DNA from: Chitinophagaceae bacterium
GTDB taxonomy: Bacteria; Bacteroidota; Bacteroidia; Chitinophagales; Chitinophagaceae
Assembly (NCBI GenBank): GCA_043776595.1
Contig: JAYVRD010000295.1
Location: 1 to 16,477 of the forward strand
DNA length: 16,477 nt
Reading direction: 5' to 3'
Position numbers and translations under genes: made by a program
The notes under the pieces: model-generated
The model's database searches: none
What the model was told of the DNA's origin: nothing
The model's input: only the letters and a program-made list of their open reading frames with translations
Shown: piece by piece, positions 8,285 to 16,006 of the stretch
Position numbering within the stretch: position 1 is the first letter of the stretch
Layout of the letters: every line of letters begins with the position of its first letter

Positions 8285-8325
8285 ATACACAAAAACAAAA
8301 GCCCCACAAAATTTTGCAGGGCTTT
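8285..8325 (-). terminator. Intrinsic terminator downstream of the acyl-CoA dehydrogenase gene
   Basis: On the minus strand: aaagccc tgcaaaattttgtg gggcttt (arms 8319-8325 / 8298-8304, with extra pairing inside). It is followed by tttgtttttgtgt. It lies 25 nt after the stop at 8350. Confidence 0.7.
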
Positions 8326-8349
8326 CATTTCATTAAGCATATTTATTTT

Positions 8350-10179
8350 TTAAAAGCAATACGCATTTGCTTCTAACATTTTATTACAAACTCTTCTTCT
8401 TGCTTCTTTAGTATTAAAGGGTTCTACTTTGGTAAAGCGTTTTAACCCAATGTGCATCATGCGTAGTTCATCGCCATCGGCAAAACTATTAAGGGCATTT
8501 TTACCTGCTATATTTATTTTGTCAGCAGCGTCGTATACATAAGTACGCATCATATCTGCTTGCAAGGCGGTGGCTGCTTCTCCTTGCTTTTCGGTCAACT
8601 TTATTACACGTAGCAATGCACTTTCTGTATGGTATGTTTCAATAGCCATGTCTGCAATGTTCATTAGCACTTCTTGTTCTTTATCTAAGCTCATCATCAG
8701 CTTTTGTACAGCAGCACCTGCCACCATTAATATGGCTTTCTTAAAGTTGTTAATGTATTTTATTTCCTTAGCAAAAGCACCTTCTTCTTCGCTACCAAAA
8801 TCAGGTATGCTCATTAATTCTTTTTGCACATTCATGGCAGGAGTCATTAAATCTAGTTTGCCTTTCATAGCACGTTTTAGCATCATATCCACCGTTAGCA
8901 AACGATTAATCTCATTTGTTCCCTCATAAATTCTATTGATACGAGAATCTCTGTAAGCCTTGCTAATTAAGTACTCATCGCTAAAGCCATTGCCCCCATG
9001 TATTTGTACACCCTCATCTACTACATAATCCAATACTTCGCTGCCAAACACTTTTAGCATGGCACATTCTATAGCAAATTCTTCGGCAGCACCTAATAAA
9101 CTTTCATTAAAGGGTTTACCACTTGCTTCTAAATCATGTTCTTTTATATCTATCCATTTGCTGGTACGGTATAATGCACTTTCGCCCACCCAAATGCGTA
9201 TTGCCATTTCGGCTAGTTTGTGTTTGATGGCACCAAACTTAGCAATGGGTAGTTTAAATTGCTCTCTGGTATTGGCATATTCTATAGCCAACTTAGCTGC
9301 ATATTTACTTGCACCTAATGCAGCAGCATCTAACTTAAGCCTACCAATATTTAAAATGTTGAAGGCAATAATATGTCCTTTACCAATTTCTCCCAATACA
9401 TTTTCTACTGGTACTTTACAATCTTGAAAATACAATTGCACAGTAGAGGAACCTTTGATGCCCATCTTATGTTCTTCTGGTCCTTGGGTAAAACCTTCCA
9501 TGCCACGCTCTAAAATAAAACCTGTAAACTGTGTGCCATCAATTTTGGCAAATACTGTATACACATCGGCAAAGCCCCCATTGGTTATCCAACATTTTTG
9601 TCCATTTAAAATATAGTGTTTGCCATCTTCGCTTAATACGGCAGTAGATTTTGCACTCAGTGCATCGCTACCACTATTGGGTTCTGTTAATCCATAAGCA
9701 CCCTTCCATTCTCCACTTGCTAGTTTGGGTATGTATTTATTTTTTTGATCTTCGGTACCAAAGTATAAAATGGGCAAGCTACCAATACCTGTATGTGCAG
9801 CAATGGCTACACTAAAACTATAGCCACCACCCAAGCCTTCATTTACAATAGTGCTGGTAATAAAATCTTTGCCCAAGCCACCATACTGCTCAGGAAAAGA
9901 AGTGGACAATAAACCTTGTTCACCAGCTTTTTCCATTAAGCTTGCCATCAAGCCTTCTTCTTGCTTGTCTATTCTTTCTATAATTGGGTGAATTTCATTT
10001 ACCAAAAACTGGTGGCACATATCCATCACCATTTTTTGTTCCTCATCAAAATCTTCGGGAATAAAAGTATCGAATGGGTTGCTGTCTTTAATAATCCATT
10101 CGCCACCTTTTAAAGCTGTGGTAGCACCCAATTCCTGAAGTGGGGCAAAAAGAAACTTATTTGCAAATTGAAAGTTCAT
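8350..10179 (-). CDS. Acyl-CoA dehydrogenase, long (~600 aa) form
   Basis: ACAD signatures AYGLTEPNSGSDA and QIHGGNGFSDEY, plus a C-terminal extension typical of the long bacterial ACADs. It starts 38 nt downstream of marR on the same strand, so it is likely co-transcribed. Confidence 0.88.
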   Translation of the reverse strand: MNFQFANKFLFAPLQELGATTALKGGEWIIKDSNPFDTFIPEDFDEEQKMVMDMCHQFLVNEIHPIIERIDKQEEGLMASLMEKAGEQGLLSTSFPEQYGGLGKDFITSTIVNEGLGGGYSFSVAIAAHTGIGSLPILYFGTEDQKNKYIPKLASGEWKGAYGLTEPNSGSDALSAKSTAVLSEDGKHYILNGQKCWITNGGFADVYTVFAKIDGTQFTGFILERGMEGFTQGPEEHKMGIKGSSTVQLYFQDCKVPVENVLGEIGKGHIIAFNILNIGRLKLDAAALGASKYAAKLAIEYANTREQFKLPIAKFGAIKHKLAEMAIRIWVGESALYRTSKWIDIKEHDLEASGKPFNESLLGAAEEFAIECAMLKVFGSEVLDYVVDEGVQIHGGNGFSDEYLISKAYRDSRINRIYEGTNEINRLLTVDMMLKRAMKGKLDLMTPAMNVQKELMSIPDFGSEEEGAFAKEIKYINNFKKAILMVAGAAVQKLMMSLDKEQEVLMNIADMAIETYHTESALLRVIKLTEKQGEAATALQADMMRTYVYDAADKINIAGKNALNSFADGDELRMMHIGLKRFTKVEPFNTKEARRRVCNKMLEANAYCF

Positions 10180-10217
10180 AGTAGTTGTATTTTTGAATAA
10201 TAAATAATGTTTTTTCT

Positions 10218-10679
10218 TTATTCTCCTTTAGGGGTTTGGGGATTTAAATTATCATACACTTTTTGTAATACTTGCTTCACTGTTTCAATCTCGTCTTTAT
10301 TAATGCCCACCAAAGCTTCATCCATTGTTTGATTAGCCAATTCTATAGTTTGTTGTTGTAAATCTTTAGCAGTGTTGGTAAGGCTTATAAAGTTTACTCG
10401 TTTGTCTTCTTTGCTGGCTATGCGTTTTACCAAGTTAAGTTTTACTAGGTTATCTATTAATCTAGTAACGCTAGGTTTATCTCTAAAAGTTCGGTTGCAT
10501 AATTCTTGTTGGCTTAGTCCATCTTCCTTCCATAAGTGATACAATATGCTCCATTGTTCTATGGTAATCTCTATACTGGCATCTCTAAAATTTTTTTGCA
10601 ATCGCCTAGCAATAGCAGTTGCTGCCATGGCATTAATAACGCTGTATAGTTCGCCTCTTTTAAATTGATGATTTGCCAT
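10218..10679 (-). CDS. MarR family transcriptional regulator
   Basis: 153 aa. The winged-HTH region is LSQQELCNRTFRDKPSVTRLIDNLVKLNLVKRIASKEDKRVNFISLT, typical of MarR. Confidence 0.85.
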   Translation of the reverse strand: MANHQFKRGELYSVINAMAATAIARRLQKNFRDASIEITIEQWSILYHLWKEDGLSQQELCNRTFRDKPSVTRLIDNLVKLNLVKRIASKEDKRVNFISLTNTAKDLQQQTIELANQTMDEALVGINKDEIETVKQVLQKVYDNLNPQTPKGE

Positions 10680-10680
10680 A

Positions 10681-10698
10681 TAGTTGTTTATGCAACTA
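10681..10698. promoter_or_regulatory. Palindromic candidate MarR operator TAGTTG-N6-CAACTA
   Basis: tagttg (10681-10686) and caacta (10693-10698) are exact reverse complements. The palindrome begins 2 nt upstream of the marR ATG and lies just downstream of the candidate -7 box. Confidence 0.45.
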
Positions 10699-10702
10699 AT
10701 TT

Positions 10703-10710
10703 CAAAGTTA
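10703..10710 (-). promoter_or_regulatory. Candidate -7 box TAACTTTG for the marR/acyl-CoA dehydrogenase operon
   Basis: Exact TAnnTTTG match on the minus strand, 24 nt upstream of the marR ATG. A TTTG lies 22 nt further upstream, a possible -33 element. Confidence 0.45.
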
Positions 10711-10798
10711 GGGGGAAATGCTGGATACGAACCAAAAAAATTTTGAGGGAAGGGTTTGGAGTGTTATGATTTGTTCTCACTTAGTACAAAGCAATTTG

Positions 10799-10838
10799 CA
10801 CACGGATGACACTGATTGAACGGATGAACACAGATTCT
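10799..10838. repeat. Short degenerate tandem repeat, ~9-10 nt unit aCnGAT(G/T)a, four units
   Basis: Sequence is c-acggatga / c-actgattga / acggatga / ac-acagattc. The 8-mer acggatga is exact at 10802-10809 and 10820-10827. Confidence 0.5.
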
Positions 10839-10875
10839 TTTTGCTTTGCAAAATGAGGATTATGGAATAGGCTTT

Positions 10876-11075
10876 TCTGGACGAGCTGTTGAATACATGT
10901 TAAGCTGCGGTTGCGTCGCACATTTTAAACTTTGGATAAGCATTGAACTTTTCTCACCAAAAGTATTCATGTTTATATAGTACAAACATGCCAGTAAGCC
11001 CAATAGATATTCTTCAGCTAAACATGTGCGACGCAACCGCAGCTCAATTCATGCTCTTGTGCTGGCTTAATAAAA
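10876..11075. repeat. Copy 2 of the inverted-arm repeat family (perfect 21-bp arms)
   Basis: agctgcggttgcgtcgcacat (10903-10923) and atgtgcgacgcaaccgcagct (11024-11044) are perfect reverse complements enclosing 100 nt. An internal hairpin is catgttt 10968-10974 / aaacatg 10984-10990. The conserved flanks match copy 1. It ends 3 nt from the dioxygenase stop codon. Confidence 0.85.
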
Positions 11076-11077
11076 AT

Positions 11078-12043
11078 CTACTTTATCACTGCTGGTCTTT
11101 GTGAAATTTCGTGATAGCACAAAACATCTTTTGCATAGTAATGGGCTACCATACTTTTGCGTGTGAGTGTAGGATTTTTAATAGCACTACCACCATGCAG
11201 CAAGTTGGCGTGCCAAAATAATACATCGCCTTTTTTGGCTAAAAATGTTTTGGGTTGTAAGCTGTTACTTTTTATAACGCTGGCTATTTTTTGTTCGTAG
11301 TTGTCGTAGTTGTTTTCTCCTATTTTCAAGGCGTTGTTGCCCGTGTTGTAATCTTCGCTTAGTACATAATTTAATTGATGGCTGCCTGGGTAATACACCA
11401 ATTCTCCACTACCCACTTGTACATCTTCTAAAGCTATCCATATTGCTACCAAGTAGCCAAGGGGTTCGGTGGTCATGTGTATGCTATCGCTGTGGGGCTT
11501 TTGCTCGCTGCCATAAATAAAGTTGATGGTTTGAAACGGTATTACATCTTTTTGAAAAATAAATTGGAGTATTTGTAGTACGGTTTCGTTTTTAAAAATA
11601 CTGTTTAGCAATGGGCTGTGCTGCCACGCATCCATTATTTTTCGCCCAGTAAAGTTAAAGTCAACTTTGTTTTCCTTTTTTAATCTTTCAATTTCGGCAT
11701 TAATGGCATCTACCTGTGTTGTTAGCAATCCTTCTATAATCATCATGCCATTATCCTTCCATTGTAGTAGTTGTTTTTGTATGGCTGGCCTAAATTGTTG
11801 AAAGGACGGATGGGTAGTGATGGCTTGGGCTGTCGTTTCTTTTTTATCCATCCAAGGTATATCGTTAGATGCATTTTTAATATCTATGTGGGCTATGCTT
11901 TGCCATATTTCTTTTTGTACGCCAAGCTGCTTGTAAAGTTGTTTGTTGTTTTTTAATTTGTGGAGATGGGTAATATTGTACAACCAATACGTAATGCGTA
12001 AGCCACGTAATATGCCAGTATATTTTTGCACCCATTTATTCAT
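11078..12043 (-). CDS. Phytanoyl-CoA dioxygenase (PhyH) family Fe(II)/2-oxoglutarate oxygenase
   Basis: HxD facial-triad motif in KPHSDSIHM, plus a distal His in WHANLLHGGS. The track start at 12070 is TTG. I prefer the ATG at 12043 (MNKWVQKYTG...). Confidence 0.75.
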   Translation of the reverse strand: MNKWVQKYTGILRGLRITYWLYNITHLHKLKNNKQLYKQLGVQKEIWQSIAHIDIKNASNDIPWMDKKETTAQAITTHPSFQQFRPAIQKQLLQWKDNGMMIIEGLLTTQVDAINAEIERLKKENKVDFNFTGRKIMDAWQHSPLLNSIFKNETVLQILQFIFQKDVIPFQTINFIYGSEQKPHSDSIHMTTEPLGYLVAIWIALEDVQVGSGELVYYPGSHQLNYVLSEDYNTGNNALKIGENNYDNYEQKIASVIKSNSLQPKTFLAKKGDVLFWHANLLHGGSAIKNPTLTRKSMVAHYYAKDVLCYHEISQRPAVIK

Positions 12044-12176
12044 GTTGTAAAAATAATTGCAAATAACCAATTTGTTAGTACTACTTACAAGCGGTTTAAT
12101 TCTGTTTATGGTATTGGCTGCTATAGAATGATGAAAAGCCTACTTGGTATGAATAGTAAACCTTTTCTTTGCTATA

Positions 12177-13328
12177 ATGTTGCTTAACATCATTTTAGGA
12201 ATAACCATTTTTTGCTTGGGGGTTTATGCCTCATTAATTCTGTTGTACAAAATTTGGTTTCATAAACTACAACCTTTTGTTATCCCTACTTCGTTTGTGG
12301 CAGCTACTCATTTTACTATTATTGTTCCTGCACGAAATGAGGAGAATTATATTGGGCATTGTTTGACATCTATTTTTAAACAAGATTATCCGAGCGATTT
12401 GTTTGAAGTTATTGTGGTAGATGACCATAGTACAGATAACACATCGGCGGTTGTTACTTCTTATCAAGCACAGCATACCAACCTATCTTTAATTCAACTA
12501 AAAGATATTGTACAAGGTAAACTGCTTAATGCGTATAAAAAGAAAGCCATTAGCACTGCTATAGAACGTGCCAAAGGAGATTGGATTTTAACTACCGACG
12601 CCGATTGTACCATTAGCAAAAGGTGGTTGGCAAACTATGCAGCTTATATTCAAGAAAAGAAGCCAGTGTTTGTAGCAGCTCCAGTTATTTTTACTAATAA
12701 CAATTCTTTTGTTTCGGTCTTTCAATGTTTAGATTTTATTAGTTTGCAGGGCATAACTGCTGCTGCTGTTACTGCTGGTTTTCATAGCATGTGCAATGGG
12801 GCAAACTTGGCATATAGCAAAAAAGCATTTTATGGCGTAAATGGTTTTGTGGGCATAGATAATATAGCTAGTGGCGATGATATGCTTTTGATGCACAAAA
12901 TAAAAAAAGAGTATCCCAAACAAATTGGTTTGTTGTTTTCAAGAGATGCTATTGTGAAAACGCATCCTATGCCCAACTGGAATAGTTTTTTTAACCAACG
13001 CATACGCTGGGCAAGCAAGGCAGACAAATTTCAAGACAAAAGAATTATTGCCGTTCTAAGCATTGTGTATTTAATGAACATTATTTTATTACTACTTCCT
13101 GTTATAGCTATTTTTAAACCTATTTTATTTTTGTACTGGCTGGGCTTTGTGGCTTTTAAAATGCTGTGCGAGTTTAGTTTTATGTTGCCAGCTGCAAAAT
13201 TTTTTAAGCAAGAAAAACTGCTATGGTGGTTTCCTGTAATGCAATTGCCCCATTTATTTTATACTGTAAGTGCGGGTTTGTTGGGTAAATTTGGTACCTA
13301 TCAATGGAAAGGACGTGACGTGAAATAA
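12177..13328 (+). CDS. Membrane-integrated family 2 glycosyltransferase (D,D,D,QxxRW processive type)
   Basis: N-terminal TM helix. Motifs are IIVPARNEE, VVDDHSTDNT, TTDADC, GDDMLL and QRIRWA, followed by several C-terminal TM helices. Confidence 0.85.
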   Translation: MLLNIILGITIFCLGVYASLILLYKIWFHKLQPFVIPTSFVAATHFTIIVPARNEENYIGHCLTSIFKQDYPSDLFEVIVVDDHSTDNTSAVVTSYQAQHTNLSLIQLKDIVQGKLLNAYKKKAISTAIERAKGDWILTTDADCTISKRWLANYAAYIQEKKPVFVAAPVIFTNNNSFVSVFQCLDFISLQGITAAAVTAGFHSMCNGANLAYSKKAFYGVNGFVGIDNIASGDDMLLMHKIKKEYPKQIGLLFSRDAIVKTHPMPNWNSFFNQRIRWASKADKFQDKRIIAVLSIVYLMNIILLLLPVIAIFKPILFLYWLGFVAFKMLCEFSFMLPAAKFFKQEKLLWWFPVMQLPHLFYTVSAGLLGKFGTYQWKGRDVK

Positions 13329-13333
13329 AACAA

Positions 13334-13357
13334 CCACTACCCTTATTAAAGTAGTGG
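13334..13357. terminator. Hairpin between the convergent GT2 gene and the mini-ORF (possible bidirectional terminator)
   Basis: ccactac (13334-13340) / gtagtgg (13351-13357) form a 7-bp stem with a 10-nt loop. T-rich runs follow on both strands: ttgttttattt on minus and ggtgttttg on plus. Confidence 0.4.
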
Positions 13358-13379
13358 ATTGGTGGTGTTTTGTACACAC

Positions 13380-13463
13380 TTACTGACCATCGCTAAAGCT
13401 AGAATACAAGAGCAATGCTACCATAGCCAATAGTGCAAAAGGGAAAAAAAGAATGTTTTTCAT
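13380..13463 (-). CDS. Hypothetical 27-aa hydrophobic mini-protein MKNILFFPFALLAMVALLLYSSFSDGQ
   Basis: ATG...TAA ORF below the track's length cutoff. It has a single signal-peptide or TM-like segment. A hairpin with a T-rich tail lies 23 nt downstream on the same strand. There is no homology evidence. Confidence 0.3.
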   Translation of the reverse strand: MKNILFFPFALLAMVALLLYSSFSDGQ

Positions 13464-13557
13464 AGTTAACATTTGGGGTTGAGACTTGGTGTTATGATTT
13501 GGGTTTAATGTTCTAAAAAAATTGTTGAAAGCAATACAATCAGTTTAATTTCATTTC

Positions 13558-14640
13558 ATGTCTATCGGCAAAACAAATTCTGCTTTCGGTAAACGCTTGT
13601 TTAAAAACAAGGGTGCTGTTATTGGTTTGATACTTATTTGCCTTGCAGTGCTGCTTTCGTTATTTGCCTATCTTATTGCTCCAGATAATTCTCCCTCTGC
13701 TAATAGGATGATTCCAGAAATAGGAAGCAAGAAGCCCGGCTTTACCATTCAATTGCTACAAGTAAAAAGGGATAAACTAAATGGAGCAAGTAATTTTTTC
13801 TCAATCTTAATAAGTGGTAAGGAAGATGCCTTCAATTACATTCCAATAAATGGCTTTACCAACCAAGGCGATAGTATCATTTACCAAAAATATATTGATG
13901 ATGGCATTTCAGAACGTAAGTCCATGTTGCAATCCCTATCCTCTTTTCAACCAGTAATTACCCAAACCTTTTATTTAGGTACAGATAAATTTGGACGAGA
14001 CATCCTCAGCCGGCTAATAATTGGTACAAGAATAAGCTTAGGTGTTGGGTTAATTGCAGTGATCATTTCTTTAACCATTGGCATTTTATTGGGTGCATTT
14101 GCTGGCTATTTTAGAGGCAGGGTAGACGATATCATTATGTGGTTTATCAATGTTATTTGGAGCATACCAACGTTATTATTAGTATTTGCAATAACGCTTG
14201 CTTTAGGCAAAGGTTTTTGGCAAGTGTTTATTGCTGTGGGCTTAACCATGTGGGTAAATGTAGCTAGGCTGGTACGTGGTAAAATTTTAGAAGAAAGAGA
14301 AAAAGAATATGTAGAAGCCACAAGAGCGTTGGGCTATGGCCATAGCAGAACTATTTTTAGACATATACTACCCAATATTTTAGGTCCAGTAATGGTAATA
14401 GCAGCTAGTAACTTTGCAAGTGCCATTGTTATAGAAGCAGGTTTAAGTTTTTTGGGCGTAGGCGTACAGCCACCACAACCCAGTTGGGGGCTTATGATAA
14501 AAGAGAATTACAACTTCATCATTACCCATAACCCTATGCTTGCATTGGCACCAGGTATAGCCATTATGTTATTGGTGCTGGCTTTTAATTTATTGGGCAA
14601 TGGTTTAAGAGATGCTTTGAATGTGAGGGGAAAGTTGTAA
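13558..14640 (+). CDS. ABC transporter permease, OppC/DppC (binding-protein-dependent transport) family
   Basis: N-terminal TM helix followed by a ~100-aa extracytoplasmic loop, then multiple TM helices. The EAA loop is EATRALGYGHSRTIFRHILPNILGP. Confidence 0.85.
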   Translation: MSIGKTNSAFGKRLFKNKGAVIGLILICLAVLLSLFAYLIAPDNSPSANRMIPEIGSKKPGFTIQLLQVKRDKLNGASNFFSILISGKEDAFNYIPINGFTNQGDSIIYQKYIDDGISERKSMLQSLSSFQPVITQTFYLGTDKFGRDILSRLIIGTRISLGVGLIAVIISLTIGILLGAFAGYFRGRVDDIIMWFINVIWSIPTLLLVFAITLALGKGFWQVFIAVGLTMWVNVARLVRGKILEEREKEYVEATRALGYGHSRTIFRHILPNILGPVMVIAASNFASAIVIEAGLSFLGVGVQPPQPSWGLMIKENYNFIITHNPMLALAPGIAIMLLVLAFNLLGNGLRDALNVRGKL

Positions 14641-14644
14641 AAAT

Positions 14645-14652
14645 TATTTTTG
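14645..14652 (+). promoter_or_regulatory. Candidate -7 box TATTTTTG for the SRPBCC/VOC genes
   Basis: Exact TAnnTTTG match 23 nt upstream of the ATG at 14675 and immediately after the permease stop. Confidence 0.35.
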
Positions 14653-14674
14653 TTTACACCAAATTTTTTTATTG

Positions 14675-15520
14675 ATGCAGCAACTAACATTTAGCATAAA
14701 CATAAACGCTACCCAGCAAGCCGTTTGGAATACGTTATGGAACGACACTACCTACAGGCAGTGGACAGCTATTTTTCACGAAGGCTCTCATGCCGTTAGC
14801 ACTTGGCAAGAAGGTGCAAGAATTGATTTTTTAGGACCTGATGGCAGCGGTATGTTTGCTACTATTGTAAAAAAAGACGTCCCCAATTTGATAAGCTTTT
14901 TGCACCATGGCGAAATTAAAAACCAGCAGGAAAATCTTTTTGAGTACCAAGATGGTTTTGAAACCTACATTTTAGAATCAGTAGCCGAGGGCGAAACAAA
15001 GCTTACAGCAAATATGAATATGCCCGAAGCATTTGTTATTTATTTTGAAGATGCTTTTCCTAAAGCGTTACAAAAAGTAAAAGAACTAGCTGAAGCAAGT
15101 GCACCAAAGCGTATTTTAGTAGCTACAACTATTAATGCTACTATAGAAAAAGTGTGGGCAGCATTTACCAACCCAACAGATATTGAACAATGGAATTTTG
15201 CCAACTCTAATTGGCATTGCCCGAAAGCAATAAATGATGTAAAGGTTGGTGGTAAATTTATTTTTACAATGGCAGCAAAAGATGATAGCTTTAGTTTTAA
15301 TTTTAATGGAATTTATACAGAAGTTATACCATTACAATCTATAAAATATGCTATTGAAGATGGCAGAAAAGTATCCATATTGTTTGAAAAAATTAGTGAA
15401 GCATCTACCCAAGTAACTGAGGTTTTTGAAATGGAAAACGAAAATAGTGAAGAACTACAACGCGATGGATGGCAAGCTATTTTAGAAAATTTTAAACAGT
15501 ACGCAGAAGCTAAAACATAA
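14675..15520 (+). CDS. Tandem SRPBCC (AHSA1/START-like) domain protein
   Basis: Two ~135-aa halves each begin with the family-typical pattern: FSININATQQAVWNTLWND and LVATTINATIEKVWAAFTNPTDIEQW. The track start at 14672 is TTG; the ATG at 14675 is preferred. Confidence 0.7.
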   Translation: MQQLTFSININATQQAVWNTLWNDTTYRQWTAIFHEGSHAVSTWQEGARIDFLGPDGSGMFATIVKKDVPNLISFLHHGEIKNQQENLFEYQDGFETYILESVAEGETKLTANMNMPEAFVIYFEDAFPKALQKVKELAEASAPKRILVATTINATIEKVWAAFTNPTDIEQWNFANSNWHCPKAINDVKVGGKFIFTMAAKDDSFSFNFNGIYTEVIPLQSIKYAIEDGRKVSILFEKISEASTQVTEVFEMENENSEELQRDGWQAILENFKQYAEAKT

Positions 15521-15547
15521 CATCATTATTACCTCAAAAAAAACACA

Positions 15548-15958
15548 ATGACTAAAGAACTTTGGATAAACCTGCCAGTAAAAGATATAGCTAAATCAAC
15601 CGCCTTTTTTAAAGCACTAGGTTTTTCTTTTAACGAACAGCATGCTACTGAATATAGTGCTTGTATGCTTATAGGCACGAAAAACTTAGTGGTCATGCTT
15701 TTTGCCGAAGCTATGTTTGAAAGTTTTAGCAGAAACGCTATAACCGACACAACCAAAAGCAGCGAAATGCTTTTATCTTTTGATGCAGAATCAAGAGATG
15801 AGGTAGATGAACTGGCCAAAAAAGCTGCTGATGCAGGAGGTGTAGTTTTTGGCAAACCAACCGAAGTACAAGGTTGGATGTATGGCTGTGGTTTTACCGA
15901 TTTAGATGGCCATCGCTGGAACATACTACATATGGATATGAGTAAAATGCAAGCCTAA
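15548..15958 (+). CDS. VOC (glyoxalase/bleomycin-resistance fold) family protein
   Basis: 136 aa. The N-terminus ELWINLPVKDIAKSTAFFKALGFSF and the C-terminal FTDLDGHRWNIL are typical of small VOC proteins. I chose it over the overlapping antisense ORF 15529..15924, which is low-complexity. Confidence 0.75.
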   Translation: MTKELWINLPVKDIAKSTAFFKALGFSFNEQHATEYSACMLIGTKNLVVMLFAEAMFESFSRNAITDTTKSSEMLLSFDAESRDEVDELAKKAADAGGVVFGKPTEVQGWMYGCGFTDLDGHRWNILHMDMSKMQA

Positions 15959-15963
15959 AATAA

Positions 15964-16000
15964 AAAAGCAATCAGGCTTATTTTAAGCCTGATTGCTTTT
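15964..16000. terminator. Bidirectional intrinsic terminator between the convergent VOC and Lrp/AsnC genes
   Basis: aaaagcaatcaggctta (15964-15980) and taagcctgattgctttt (15984-16000) are perfect reverse complements with a 3-nt loop. A/T runs sit at both bases. Confidence 0.8.
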
Positions 16001-16006
16001 ACTCAC

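Noticed and set aside
7307-9427. Antisense track ORFs 7307..7657, 8570..8929 and 9059..9427
   Set aside because: They lie opposite the amidase and acyl-CoA dehydrogenase CDSs, which carry clear family motifs. The antisense products are Ser/Leu/Ala-rich and low-complexity.
10722-10734. tRNA T-loop-like sequence (minus strand tggttcgtatcca)
   Set aside because: Only a 3-bp stem flanks the loop, and there are no acceptor, D or anticodon arms. The segment is better explained as the spacer between the candidate -33 and -7 elements of the marR promoter.
10762-13501. Shared 12-mer tgttatgatttg (10762-10773 and 13490-13501), each upstream of a minus-strand start
   Set aside because: Several 12-mer coincidences are expected in a 16-kb AT-rich window. 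Spacing to the downstream genes differs (~80 vs ~30 nt), and the sequence does not match the TAnnTTTG box in register.
15529-15924. 131-aa minus-strand ORF overlapping the VOC gene
   Set aside because: It is a low-complexity Ser/Ala/Leu-rich translation. The plus-strand frame has the VOC-family termini and follows the preceding plus-strand gene at operon-like spacing.
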